The notes: generated from the sequence alone by a model not told the origin. DNA of 64,000 nucleotides from Octopus sinensis (GCF_006345805.1 NC_043001.1:33418001-33482000), one strand, 5' to 3'; counted from the first letter of the stretch, positions 26,295-39,456 are shown. Made by a program: numbers and translations.

Positions 26295-26499
26295 TTAATG
26301 GCCAAGGAATGATTGAGTTGTGTTGCTGCTGGACATGTTGGAAGATTCGTGGAAGCTGTCTTGAATGTGGCCATGTTTCAAAGACCTTAGTTCTGTTGTC
26401 AGAGTCAACACATGACGAGCAAGTTGTTCATTACGACGTTTCAGGCTGAGGACCATATCAGCTTGTTTTTCTAGTAATTTCTCATTGAATGAGTATCCA
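26295..26499 (-). CDS. TMEM192: TMEM192-like terminal coding exon (LLEKQADMVLSLKRRNEQLARHVLTLT...GH*)
   Basis: gtttcag| acceptor in phase 2, stop TAA at 26295-26297. Resembles human [27 protein letters not shown]. The five exons total 831 nt in one frame. Confidence 0.9.
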
Positions 26500-26852
26500 C
26501 TGAAACAGAAAGAAAAAAAAAATAGACAGAGTGAACGAACAATATAGATGACAATAAAAAAATTAGTTCTGCTGTAAGTCAGGCATTTCCAACCAGAAGT
26601 GCAAACTCGCTTCAGATACAAGACAATATGTCAGGAGGTGCAAAAAGCTAGATCTGGCAATTTTTTAAAATATTACCATAGGCGCAGGAGTGGCTGTGTG
26701 GTAAGTAGCTTGCTTACCAACCATATGGTTCCACATTCATTCCCACTGTGTGGCACCTTGGGCAAGTGTCTTCTACTATAGCCTCGGGCCGACCAAAGCC
26801 TTGTGAGTGGATTTGGTAGATGGAAACTGAAAGAAGTCCATCACATATATGT

Positions 26853-26908
<56 letters not shown>

Positions 26909-27418
26909 GTGTGTGTATATGTGTGTCTGCGCTTGTCCCCCAAACATCGCTTGACAACCGATGGTGGTGTGTTTACGTCTCCGTAACTTAGCGGTTCTGC
27001 AAAAGTAACTGTCCAGGTGGGGAACTTATATGCTAAAGAAACTGGCCCTTATGAACCAGGCATGGCTCGAGAAGGAACAAACAAACAAAGTGTATATTCC
27101 AGACAGATGCTGAGGCACAAAGAATAAGCTGCCATGTCCAGAAATAAAATGCCAGCAATGAATTTTAACACACGAACTAGAAATATGTAGTGTAAACTTC
27201 ATCCGCTGTAATAGTGGCAGCAGGAAAAGCAGGGTGAGGAGACAGTATATCCACAGGCTAGAGGCTGAGTGTGTCGGTGGGCACCACCTTTCCAAATATA
27301 AAATTAAACAAACTAAAATGTAATAAATGAAAGCCTTTTATGAAAGAAAAAGGGTTATTATGTAAACACCCAACTCCCCCAATCCCCTCATAGAGCTTCT
27401 TAAAAATCTATAATTTAC

Positions 27419-27527
27419 CGTTCTCCAATATCCTGGAAATTCTGAGAATAAGGAAGACCACTTTGCTGAGTTTCATCTTCAATAACATCTGGAAGTTTCT
27501 TTGCAATGTTGAACCGTGAAACCTGAT
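27419..27527 (-). CDS. TMEM192: TMEM192-like exon (YQVSRFNIAKKLPDVIEDE...DIGER)
   Basis: tttacag| acceptor, CG|gtaaat donor, 109 nt, phase 1-2. Resembles human RRFNKAKPEPDILEEE. Confidence 0.88.
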
Positions 27528-27611
27528 CTGTAAAAGAATAAATATAGTGGTAATTATCATCATCCGTTTTGAGGGGCGATGCACTGGAAGAATTAGTAGA
27601 ACACAAGACAA

Positions 27612-27871
27612 AATAAAGTGATAGTATGTTGTCGATTTAATGTGACAGTCCCATGAAAGGGAAGAATACTACTGTTATTTAGCCCTAAGAAACACCATTG
27701 ACACATTTCCTGTGTCCTTATGTTTTCAAAGTGGAGATAACATAAAACATAAGGACACAGGAAATGTGTCAAGTCCAACAGGAAATGGTGTTTCCTAGGG
27801 CTAAATAACAGTAGTATTCTTCCCTTTCATGGGACTGTCACATTAAGTTGACAACATACTACCACTTTATT
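27612..27871. repeat. Near-perfect 260-bp palindrome in a TMEM192 intron
   Basis: Arms of about 115 bp are reverse complements apart from a 13-nt bulge and a few mismatches. Confidence 0.9.
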
Positions 27872-28963
27872 GCACTGCTACTGCATAAATCTCTCTGAGA
27901 GATTTAGAAATGTATTATTTCTATAAGACAAAATACCTGGCATATTTGATTGCAAGTCTTGGTAATGAAAGTTCAAACCTGGCCATGGTCTAATGAGCTT
28001 TGTATCACTACCATGTCAATAAAATAAGTAGTAGTCAAGTACTGGAGCTGACTGGATTGTCTAGCTTTCTCTAACAAAAGTATTTATTTAGGTCTCTTTA
28101 TTTAATGATATCAAATTCCACTAGGATCCACTTTGACGGAATAATGTAATTTCAGTATTTAACCGAGATTGAATTAGCTGACTATAACTTCCCGTTCAAG
28201 ATTTGTAGCTAAAGTTATAAACTATTATTATTAGGCAGTGAGCTGGCAGAATCATTAGCACATTGGTCGAAAATGCTTAGCAGCATTCTTCTGACTTATT
28301 ACATTCTGTGTTCAAATCCCACCAAGGTCACTTTGTCTTTCATCCTTTTGCAGTTGATAAAATAAAATAAAGTACCAGTCAACTACTAGGGCTAATATAA
28401 TTAACTAATCCCCCGACCTACAATTGTTGGCCATGTGCCAAAATGCGAAACCTAAATTTCCACTGAGGTCAACTTTATTTTTCTTCTTTTCAGGGTCAAT
28501 GAAATAAATACCAGTTGAACATTGGGGCCAATGTTATCAACTAGTCTCCTCCCCACAAAAATTGCAGGCCTTGTGCCTGTAGTAGAAAGGGCTATTATGG
28601 TAATTTTGAAATATAGCACTGGAATGAAATTAAAAAAGAATTAGGAAAAAACAGGACATGCATTTCACAGGTAGTTAGAATGTTTGGCTACTAAAACATT
28701 GGAATGGCTTCAAAATTGGCAACAATTAATACAGTACCTGATTAAATGAAGTATATCAATTTATTCCAGTTATTAATGAAGCTATAGGCACAGGAGTGGC
28801 TGTGTGGTAAGTAGCTTGCTTACCAACCACATGGTTCCAGGCTCAGTCCCACTGTGTGGCACCATGGGCAAGCGTCTTCTATTATAACCTCGGGCCGACC
28901 AAAGCCTTGTGAGTGGATTTGGTAGACGGAAACTGAAAGAAGCCTGTCACATATATGTATATA

Positions 28964-29345
28964 CTAGCAGTATCGCCTGGCGTTGCTCAGGTTTGTAAGG
29001 GAAATAACTATAAAGCATTTTTAGAGAGTTATAGCCAAAAAATAGCAAAAAAATGGGAAAAAAATGATGGTAAATTTTTTTTGAGAGTTAAAAAAGGTGG
29101 AGTTGCGTCCCCTAGACGGTCTGTGGTTTGGGTTTCTGATTCTCGACCCCATGTCGAATTTATCGATTTTTTTCAGAACTGGGGGAACTTTTCAAAATTT
29201 TCGCTGCGTTAGTTTTGAATTATGACATTGGGCTATGTGTGTGTCAAGTTTCATCAGAATCGGTTGAAAGCCGTGGTCAGAGTGAGGGTACGAGAAAACA
29301 GACACACAGAAAACGCACAGACAAACTGCCGTTTATATAGAGAGA
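28964..29345 (-). mobile_element. Non-autonomous Helitron nested in a family A SINE
   Basis: On the minus strand: 5' TC, subterminal hairpin, 3' CTAG, inserted between A and T in the SINE's TA repeat. Confidence 0.8.
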
Positions 29346-29642
29346 TATATATATATATATATATATATGTTTGTGTGTCTGTGTTTGTCCCCCCCCCAAC
29401 ATCGTTTGACAACCGATGGTGGTGTGTTTATGTCCCCATAACTTAGCAGTTCAGCAAAAGAGACCAATAGAATAAGTACTAGGCTTACAAAGAATAAGTC
29501 CTGGGGTCAATTTGCTCAACTAAAGGCAATGCCCCAGCATGGCCACAGCCAAATGACTGAAACAAGTAAAAGAGTTTCATTAAAATTACTAAATTTTTAT
29601 ATATTTCTAGCAACAAATTTATAAATAAAAATAAAAACTTAC

Positions 29643-29795
29643 AGCCATATTGCACCAAAAACAGAAAAGCAACTAACACCTCAATTGTCGTAATGATTTG
29701 AAGGTAGGCATATGGCTTTAGGAAACCACATTTGTCACGCCATGAACATTTGAACTCAGCAAAAATCTGGGTGGTCAGCATTTTCAAGATCATAC
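29643..29795 (-). CDS. TMEM192: TMEM192-like exon (MILKMLTT...LQIITTIEVLVAFLFLVQYG)
   Basis: attgcag| acceptor, T|gtaagt donor, 153 nt, phase 1-1; encodes a transmembrane-like segment. Confidence 0.85.
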
Positions 29796-30765
29796 CTGCA
29801 ATGAGAAAGAGAGGTGAGTAGTAGACACTAACACAAAGGGACATATTTATCAAGCTTAATATCTTCTCCCTTGTGAGTGGAATTTATAGACAAAAACCAT
29901 TTAGAAGCAGATACAAACACATGCCCATCATCATCATCATTTAACATCCATTTTCGATGTTGGCATGGGTTGGATGGTTTGAGTGAGGTCTGGAGAGCCA
30001 GTGGCTGCACCAGGCTCCAATCTGATGTGGCAAGGTTTCTACAGCTGGATGTCCTTCCTAATACCAACCACGCTGAGAGTGTAGTGGGTACTTTCTACGT
30101 GCCACTGGCACAGGAGCCAGTCAGGAAGGCCTGGCATCGATCACGTTCAGATAGTACTTTTTACGTGCCACTGGCATGGGAGCCAGCCAGGGGACACTAG
30201 CATTGACCACATGCGTACGTATAAATATATCATCATCAATTAACATTCATTCTCCATGATAGCATCAGTTGCGTGGTTCAACCAGATCTGGTGTGTTCAT
30301 GTCCCTGTAACTTACTGGTTCAGCAAAAGAGACCGATAAAATAAGTACTAGGCTTACAAAGAATAAGTCTTGGGGGCGATTTGTTCAACTAAGGGTGGTG
30401 CTCCAGCATGGCCGCAGTCAAATGACTGAAACAAATAAAAGAATATATCGCCTTTCAGAGTGAAATTTGAATACACCAGACAACAGAGGCAAGTTACAGA
30501 TAAGGACCAGGAAATTTCTGTTTCAAGGATAAACAGGATGTGCAGTTTACATGTTAGTGGGACATGTGTAGGCTCTAGGTTAAAATGGGATTCACAGATA
30601 TTACAAACGATGAGAGGGAACTGTCCAGCAAGTTTAGTTTTATTTTTTAACAGATATTTACGGTAGTGTAGAGTATGTAAAAAGCTGATATCATGATAAC
30701 TCCATGTTGAGAGTCTGAGCTGAACACTTATAACAGGGCACTCTACAAAAAGGCACTTATGGGCA

Positions 30766-30994
30766 TTAACTCCTTAGTATTCAGATTTCTCTGTCAAACA
30801 TAATGCTTATTTATTCACATTCATATGAATTAATCATGCATTACCATGTCACTTTGAGATTTAAATGATGTGGTTGTTTATTTTTAGAATAATATTGTAG
30901 GGTAAGTGTAAGAGGCTGGATCTGGCCAGTTTGAAAATAAAACAGGTTGATTATTTTGGCCAGATATGGTTGATTTAAATGCTTAAAGGGTTAA
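30766..30994. mobile_element. Second piggyBac-type MITE family
   Basis: TTAA ends; reverse-orientation relative of 53804-54255. Confidence 0.7.
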
Positions 30995-31098
30995 AAGCAG
31001 AATGATCGTCTTAGCTGTTAGGTTAAATAGCAACAATAAAACACTGAGATGAACAGAAACAACAGAAAATAATGTAAGTGGAAAAAGAGAAAAAAAGT

Positions 31099-31507
31099 CA
31101 TTATTTACATTTGACAGATATTTGTCCTCATCTTGTTTGTTGTTAACACAACGTTTGGTTGATATACCCTCCAGCCTTCTTCAGGTGTCTTGGGGAAATT
31201 TCGAACCTGGGTTCTCATTCCTAAGGTATTCTTCGATATTATTATTGTTGTTCAGGTCACTGCTTGGAATCGAACTCGGAATCTTGGGCAATTATGGAAT
31301 GAATTTTAGGGCTTATAAATCTAATATTTTTCTATCTTTTCTTAATATTGGTTCCCATATGTTGCTCATACCTGCACTCGGTCTGCTTAAGAGGTTGTTG
31401 TGTCCTAGCATATGTGCCGCTTCTTTTTAACAAAAAACAAGATGAGGACAAATATCCGTCGAAGGTAAATAATGTGCATAATTCCTTATCTCTTAAATAT
31501 AGAACTG
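31099..31507 (-). mobile_element. Short Penelope-like copy of the 23379 family with an inverted end
   Basis: Homologous to 23379-23757; 31428-31475 is the inverse of 31099-31146; TSD GAGAAAAAA(A)GTCATTA on both sides. Confidence 0.85.
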
Positions 31508-31539
31508 AGAAAAAAGTCATTAAGGAGTAAGTTACATAC

Positions 31540-31765
31540 CTACTGTTACACATACTGCTGGTACATGACGCTTGTACAGCATCCGCTGGGAGAAATCGAG
31601 GTAACCAGAGATGTAAATGTAATGATGTTGGATGTAGATGTAAACATGGAGAGCTACGATGAATGTCCATGTGAGAATTTCTGAATATGTTGCAATTGAT
31701 ACTGGGTCGGGCTGACACGTGGTACATAACCAAGGATACAGGAATGTTATTAAACACAGTGTGAC
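31540..31765 (-). CDS. TMEM192: TMEM192-like exon (VTLCLITFLYPW...QHHYIYISGYLDFSQRMLYKRHVPAVCVTVG)
   Basis: ttctgaag| acceptor, G|gtatgt donor, 226 nt, phase 0-1. The HH...GY motif resembles human TMEM192 QYHHSKIRNRGY. Confidence 0.85.
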
Positions 31766-34700
31766 CTTCAGAACAAACATAAAAGTGAATTAAATAACAT
31801 CATCATTTTAATTTTTTTTTACACTGCACAAAGATTTTTTTTTTTTTTTTTGAAAAGGGTAGATTTAATCAGTCTTAATAATTAACTGCTATTTAATTTA
31901 TTATTATTTTCCACTCACAATTCTCTTAGCAGAAAGGAAAAAAAAAAAAAAAGTTAACCACCCCGGGAGATCTGACCATGAAGAGAGACAAACAGTTATT
32001 AAAAAACAACAGCCATCAAATATCAGATATTCACATTCAAACCTGACAGAGCATATTAAGAATGAATAGATATATAATTGTTTGGATTCTTGCTGTTCTA
32101 CGTGCTCCTCCTCCTCCTCCTCATCATCATCATTTAACGTCCGTTTTCCATGCTAGCATGGGTTGGATGGTTCGACCGGGGTCTGGGAAGCCAGGAGGCT
32201 GCACCAGGCTCCAGTCTGATCTGGCAGTGTTTCTACAGCTGGATGCCTTTCCTAATGCCAACCACTCAGTGAGTGTAGTAGGTGCCAACAGCACAGGGGC
32301 CACAGGAGGCTGGCAAATGGCCACGATCAGTTGGTGCTTTTACATGTCACCAATTGGATGGTGCTCTTAGCGCCCCACTAGCACGGGGCACAAGTGCCAG
32401 TAAGGCGACGCTGATAACAATCACACTTGAATGGTGCCTTTTAAGTGCTATCGTCACGAAGCCAGTTAGCCGCTCTGTCAACGATCACACTTGGATAGTG
32501 CTCTCTGCACCCCACTAGCACGGATGCCAGTCATCGAATTTGATTTCGATTTCACTTGCCTCAACAGGTCTTGCAGCATACTTACAAGGAATTTTTATAT
32601 AGACAAAACGTCATGAATTTAAAGAGGAGAGGAGAGTCAAATGAATCATGTGACATTATTTTTCTTAACGATTCCCCAGAAGAATGAAAGAAAGACAACT
32701 AAAGAGGAATTTGAACTGAAAACACGGGAGGGAGACAATGGATAATGTATTCCTGGATAAACTATCATCATTATCATCATCTATGTCTGAATAAAATGAG
32801 ATGGTCATGACGCCTTGTGCGTACCTTTTCCTTCTTTGAGCACTAAACTCTGCTTGCGAAGACTTGTTGAGGCAAGTGAAATCGAAATCAAAATCAAAGT
32901 GAAATTCGATGACAGGCACGAGCACCATACGAGCATGATCATTGACAGAGCAGCTAACTGGCTTCCGTGCCAGTGGCACATAAAAGACACCATTCGAGTG
33001 TGATCGTTACCAGCTTCGCCTTACTGGCACTTGCGCTCCATGCTAGCAGGGTGCTAAGAGCACCATCTGAGCGTGATCGTTGCCAGAGCAGCTAACTGGC
33101 TTCCGTGCCGGTGGCATGTAAGAGGCACCATTCGAGTGGGATCGTTACCAGCATCGCCTTACTGGCACCTGTGCCATTGGCATGTGTAAAAAAAAAAAAA
33201 TTCGAGCGAGGTCGTTGCCAGTACCGCCTGACTGGCCCCCATGCCGGTGGCACGTAAAAGCACCCACTACACTCTTGGAGTGGTTGGCGTTAGGAAGGGC
33301 ATCCACCTGTCAAAACTCTGCCAGATCAAGACTGGAGCCTGGTGCAGCCATCTGGTTCGCCAGCCAACAGTCAAACCGTCCAACCCATGCTAGCATGGAA
33401 AGCGGATGTTAAACAATGATGATGATTAGGTGGTCATGACTAGACTGTCTTTTGTCACAGGTCTGTTCAGTCAGGTTTGACCTAGATCTAGACGACTACA
33501 ATAATTACATACTGTAAAACATTTTAGTCCTGTGATAATACTAATCCTGACATTGATAAAAAATATCTTAGTAACAACAAAAGTAAATTTACACAAAACA
33601 ATACAAATATAAGCAAGGGATGGGCTGAGTCATAAACACACATAATTCTTATGAGAATATATTTCTAGTGTTGCTTTACAATAAATTTAATTATTTATTT
33701 GCAATTGGTGTAGATATGGCTATGTGGCTAAGAAGTTTGCTTTACAACCATATGGTTTCAAGTTCAGTCCCATTGCATGGCACCTTGGTTAAGTGTCTTT
33801 TACTCTAGTCACAGAGTAACCAATTCCCTGTGAGTAAATTTGGTAGATGGAAAACAGTGCTGAAGCCTGCCATGTGTGTGTGTGTGTGTGTCGTTGCTTG
33901 ACAACCTGTGTTGGTTTGTTTATGTCCCCATAACTAAACACCAGACTTTAAAAAACAAGTACTAAGGTTGATTTGTTTGACTGATACCCTTCAGGGTAGT
34001 GCCCCAGTATGGCCACAGTCCAGTGACTGAAACAAGTAAAAATAGTGGTGAGCTGGCAGAAACATTAGCACGCCAGGCGAAATGCTTAGCGGTATTTCGT
34101 CTGCCGTTACATTCTGAATTCAAATTCTGTCGAGGTCAACTTTGCCTTTCATCCTTTTGGGATCGATAAATAAAGTACCAGTTACGCACTGGGGGTCAAT
34201 GTAATCAACTTAATCCCTTTGTCTGTCCTTGTTTGTCCGCTCTATGTTTATCCTCTTGTGGGCAATAAAGAAATAAGAAATGTTAGCACGCCAGGCGAAA
34301 TGTTTAGCAGTATTTCGTCTGTCTTTTAATTAAAAAAAAAAGGTGAGCTGGCAGAAACGTTAGCAAGCCGGGCGAAATGCTTAACGGTATTTCATCAGCC
34401 ATTATGTTCTGAGTTCAAATTCCGCCACGGTCAACTTTGCCTTTCATCCTTTCGGGGTTGATAAATTAAGTACCAGTTATGCACTGGGGTCAATATAATC
34501 GACAATAAAGAAATAAGAAACAAGTAAAAAGATACCACCTGACACCATTTGTTATTCTATAATGTAAATATCCTGTTTTAGAGCGTTCTAAATTCAATCC
34601 TCCTACCAAAATTTCATGTTAGTTTATGTTCCAAATACCAGCTTCATAACAACGAAAGTTATTTTGCTAAATACTTCACTGAAACAAAAGTAGACTATTT

Positions 34701-35001
34701 CAACAGAAACAAGGCTGCAAAAGGATTGAGTAAGCAGAGCAAGGTCAGTGACCTGGGTCCTTTTCAGAGCCTATGAGATTGGTAGGAAGAAGGGAAGAAA
34801 TTTATCTTTAGATGGTAAAGAACTCCTACTAGGCATAGGTGTGGCTGTGTGGTAAGTATTTGCTTACCAACCACATGGTTCCAGGTTCAGTCCCACTGTG
34901 TGGCACCTTGGGCAAGTGTCTTCCACTATAGCCTCGAGCTGACCAAAGCCTTGTGAGTTGCTTCGGTAGACGGAAACTGAAAGAAGCCCATCGTATATAT
35001 G

Positions 35002-35090
<89 letters not shown>

Positions 35091-35096
35091 TGAAGT

Positions 35097-35281
35097 ATAT
35101 TCTGTTGCGTCTGGGGAGAGTCATTTTCTTTTTGTGCCTTATAATGTAACACACTTACCGTTAAAATTTCCACTTATTTCTTATTTTTATTTTCCTAAAA
35201 ATAAGTGGAAATTTTACCGGAGAGTGTGTTACATTATAAGGCACAAAAAGAAAATGACTCTCCCCAAACACAACAGAATAT
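35097..35281. repeat. 185-bp palindrome (arms about 83 bp)
   Basis: ATATTCTGTTG...CCACTTATTT pairs with AAATAAGTGG...CAACAGAATAT. Confidence 0.9.
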
Positions 35282-35482
35282 TGAGGTAAACTTATCATGA
35301 AAGGTGAAGCAAGTGGCTAGTTATATAGTTTATAACATATGAACCAGGATCTGCATTATGGATCTCTTATGCTGGTGTTGAACACAATAACAATAACAAA
35401 CAACACAACAAACAATAACAACACCTCAAACTTGTGTTATGAGACTGACATGGTAGTTCACACATACACACATGAAACTTAC

Positions 35483-35620
35483 CAATATAACAGCTTGCAA
35501 GAGAGCTGCCCATAACGTTTTAATGGTACGATAGGGTGGTTCCACTTCATCTGTAAACACGTGGAGACGATCGGTCATGTTGTCAGATTCAGAAGATATA
35601 TCGGAACGGAAGAAAAATCC
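35483..35620 (-). CDS. TMEM192: TMEM192-like gene, most 5' coding exon found (GFFFRSD...LWAALLQAVIL)
   Basis: ctttag| acceptor, TTG|gtaagt donor, 138 nt open, phase 0 into the 31765 exon; ends in the start of a hydrophobic helix. Confidence 0.8.
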
Positions 35621-35923
35621 CTAAAGATGAAACAAAAAAAAAACAGGTAAGTAAAAGAAAAATTTTTTTTTAAATTAAAGATTCATAAAAAATATTGTAA
35701 AGTTTGTACATAAATTGTTTTCAAAATTTGGCACAAGGCCAGCAATTTCAGGGGCAGGAGAAAGTCGATTACATTGACCCCAGTTCTCAACTGGCATTTG
35801 TTTAATTGATCCCAAAAGGGATGAAAGGCAGAGCCAACCTTAGTGGAATTTGAACTCAGAACATAAAGACAGATGAAATGCCACTCAGCATTTTGCCCAG
35901 TGTACTAACGATTCTGCCAGCTG

Positions 35924-36522
35924 GCCCTTGATTCGACGGTCATTCGGAATGCTCACAGCAGCCATATTCCTACTGTTCTATGTCACGCTGGTGAGACCCA
36001 TATTGGAGTACAGGATTCAAGCCTCTTCTCCTTATCTCCTCAAAGACATACAGCATCTCGAAAGAGTCCAGAAGCTGGCTACCCGCATGGTTCTTGGTCT
36101 CAAGCATTTGTCTTATGAAGAAAGGCTGAAGACGCTTGACCTTTATTCTCTAGAAAAACGACGACGCCATGGTGATCTCATTCTTGCTCACAACATCATA
36201 AGCAGAAAGTGTAACCTCTCAAAAGAGCTGCTCTTCACTCCTGCTCCAGAGCATCGGCTGCAGGGTCACTCCGAAAAGCTCTATCTGCGACGATTTCATC
36301 TCAATTGAAGGAGAGGGCTTTCTCCGTCCAGGTTGCGGATCCGTGGAATAAGCTGCCGGACGAGATAGTGAAAATGCCGACGACCGCTCGGTTCAAAGTC
36401 TCCCTTGACCACAAGTGGCCTGAACTCTTTACATGAACACCACCCTGTACATAACTCCATGTCCACCTACATGGCCTTGCTTTTCGCTTTTTGAGCCAAA
36501 AAATTAACTAACTAACTAACTA
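35924..36522 (+). mobile_element. CR1-clade LINE 3' fragment
   Basis: ORF with LVRPILEY, DIQHLERVQKLATRMV, LSYEERL and LEKRRRHGDLI; ends in a (TAAC)n tail. Confidence 0.9.
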
Positions 36523-39064
36523 AAAGATTATACATAAATTAGTATTAAAGATAAAATTTTATTTGATAATTTTACTTCTTTTATTCTTTTTATTCTTTAC
36601 ATGATCTCAGTCATTGCAAGAGCAACTAACAAGGATTATAATCAACTAGCTGACCACGTGCTGTCAATAATGACAGCCCATTGTAGTATTTTATATATAA
36701 ATAAGGTACATAATAATCAGACATACAAACATTCACATACTTCTTTATATACGGACACACATACACACATATACTCACACAGAGTTGAAATGCTGGTTTT
36801 TTTCACCCCTTCCTTTCCCTCTTTGCTATTACTTTCTCTCACTAGTCAGGGCTATTACTCTCACTACTTCACCTTCACTCAATTACTATTTTCTCTCCTC
36901 CATGTCTGGTATGATTCTGGACAATATATATATACATACGCACACACACATATATATGTGTATATACATATATATACACAAACGTGCCAGTGGCACGTAA
37001 AAAGCACCATCCAATCGTGGCCGTTTGCCAGCCTCGTCTGGCACGTAAAAAGCACCCACTACATTCATGGAGTTGTTGGCATTAGGAAGGGCATCCAGCC
37101 GTAGAAACATTGCCAGATCAGACTGGGCCTGGTGCAGCCTTCTGGCTTCCCAGACCCCAGTTGAACCGTCCAACCCATGCCAGCATGGAAAGCGGATGCT
37201 AAATGATGATGACACACACACACACATATATAAAGACACTTCGTTCATTATTATATTAGGAGATTAGTGCCCTACCCTCAGCACATAGTCTAAAATCTGT
37301 TTCATCAATCTTTGTTTATCAAATGATTAATTAGTTCCTCTTTAGGATCATAGATATCTACATCAGCATGACTATGCAGTTAAGAAGTTTGCTTCCCAAC
37401 TGCATGGTTTTGAGTTCAATTCCAATGGAAGCATCTTCGGTAAGAGTCTTCTACTATAGCTCCTGACTGACCAAAATCTTGTTAGTGAATTTGATAGAAA
37501 TTAAAGGAAGCCCATCATAAATGTCTGTGAGGGGTGTCCCTTTGTTTTGACATCACATGATAGTTGTGAGCAAATGTCACTGTCAATCAATTGGTGTTAT
37601 TTATTCCCAATCTGCATAAACGTGTCCGGCTATGGAAAAATATTAACCCGTTTGGAAACCGGTGAGGGTTGATGACAGGAAGGGCATCCAGCCGTAAAAA
37701 TCTGCCTCAATGAATTCCATCAGACCCATGCAAACATAGAAAAGAGGATTTGAACTGATGAAAGAAAATGGCACAACAAAATACCCCAAAGAATTTTGTT
37801 TGATGATGATGGTGAAGACGACCGTCATGATGATGATGATGATGATGATGATGATGGTGGTAGTAATGATGATGGTGGTAGTGATGGTGATGGCGCTAGT
37901 GGTGATGATGATGAAGCACAATGTTTCTGTCTACCAAATTTAACTCAGTAGGAGAAATTGGTCGACTGAGGAAGAGACTATTAGCTAAGCTGCTAAGCTT
38001 TTACAGACTACAAGGTTCATTCTAGTTTCTATGATGTTAAACTGATGAAAGAAATATATATCGGAACAGGAAGCTGGACTACACACCACAAGTAATGTTA
38101 CTGTTAATTAATTAAAATAAACTTTCGACTTATGTCATATAAATTAACTTCCAACAACTTCCAGACAGGTTTCCCCTCCCCACCTCTCCCATCCTTCCCC
38201 AAATACTGCTTACCAAAATATAACAGAAAACAACCTGCCAAAACAAAATTGGAATCAATGGTCATTCTGGTACTATTCAGATCTATAGATAGCAACAGAG
38301 GAAGCCAGCCTTTTGTCCAAAACAATAATTTATATCTGATGCTATAATAAATATGCTTTTTTTTCTTCCCCGCAATGAACCAATAGTATAGGCGCTGACA
38401 TGGCTGTGTGGTAAAAAGCTTGCTTCACAACCACATGGTTCTGGGTTCAGTCCCACTGTGTGGCACCTTGGACAAGTGTCTTCTTCTATAGCCTCAGGAC
38501 GACCAAAGCCTTGCGAGTGGATTTGGTAAAAATTGAAAGACGTGTGTTGTGTGTGTGTGTGTGTGTATGGTGTGTGTGTGTGTGTGTGGTATGTTCTCTG
38601 CCACTGTTTGACAACCAGTGTCAGTCTTGGTGTGTTTATATCTTCATAACTTAGTGGTTCAGCAAAGGAAAGCAATAAGAATAAGTACCAGATTTTATAA
38701 ATAATACGTACACAGGTCAAATTGTTGATGGCAATGCCCCAGCATGGCCACAGCCTAATGAGTGAAACAAGTAAACGATAAAAGACGGGAATCTTAATGT
38801 GGTCACCCCACCTGCTAGAAATAGCAGATGCCATCATAAATACACCTTTTTTCACAAAGAACTGTGTACAAGGTTCAATGTTTAATATGTTCACCCCAAC
38901 AGCTATTTCTAGTGGCTGTGTGGTAAATAGCTTGCTCACCAATCACATGGTTCCCGGTTCAGTCCCACTGCGTGGCAATTTGGGCAAGTATCTTCTACTA
39001 TAGCTTCAGACTGACCAAATCGTTGTGAGTGGATTTAGTAGATGGAAACTGAAAGAAGCTCGTC

Positions 39065-39098
<34 letters not shown>

Positions 39099-39456
39099 AT
39101 GTATATGTTTGCGTGTCTGTGTTTGTTCCCCTACCATTGCTTCACAACCGATGTTGGGATATTTACGTCTCCCGTAACTTAGCGGTTCGGCAAAAGAGAC
39201 CGATAGAATAAGTACTAAGCTTACAAAGAATAAGCCCTGGGGTCAATTTGTTTGACTTAAAGGCAGTGCTCCAGCATGACTGCAGTCAAATGACTGAAAC
39301 AAGTAAAAGAGTAAAAAAGATAATTAAAGTTGCAATGCCTTTGATTATAATTCTGCTCACCCAGGGAAGACCTTGGATTAAACAACAAACTACACTAGAT
39401 ATCAAGATAGACATGACATGTGAATGCTTGTTCTACATTACTCTGTTGCCGAAAGA

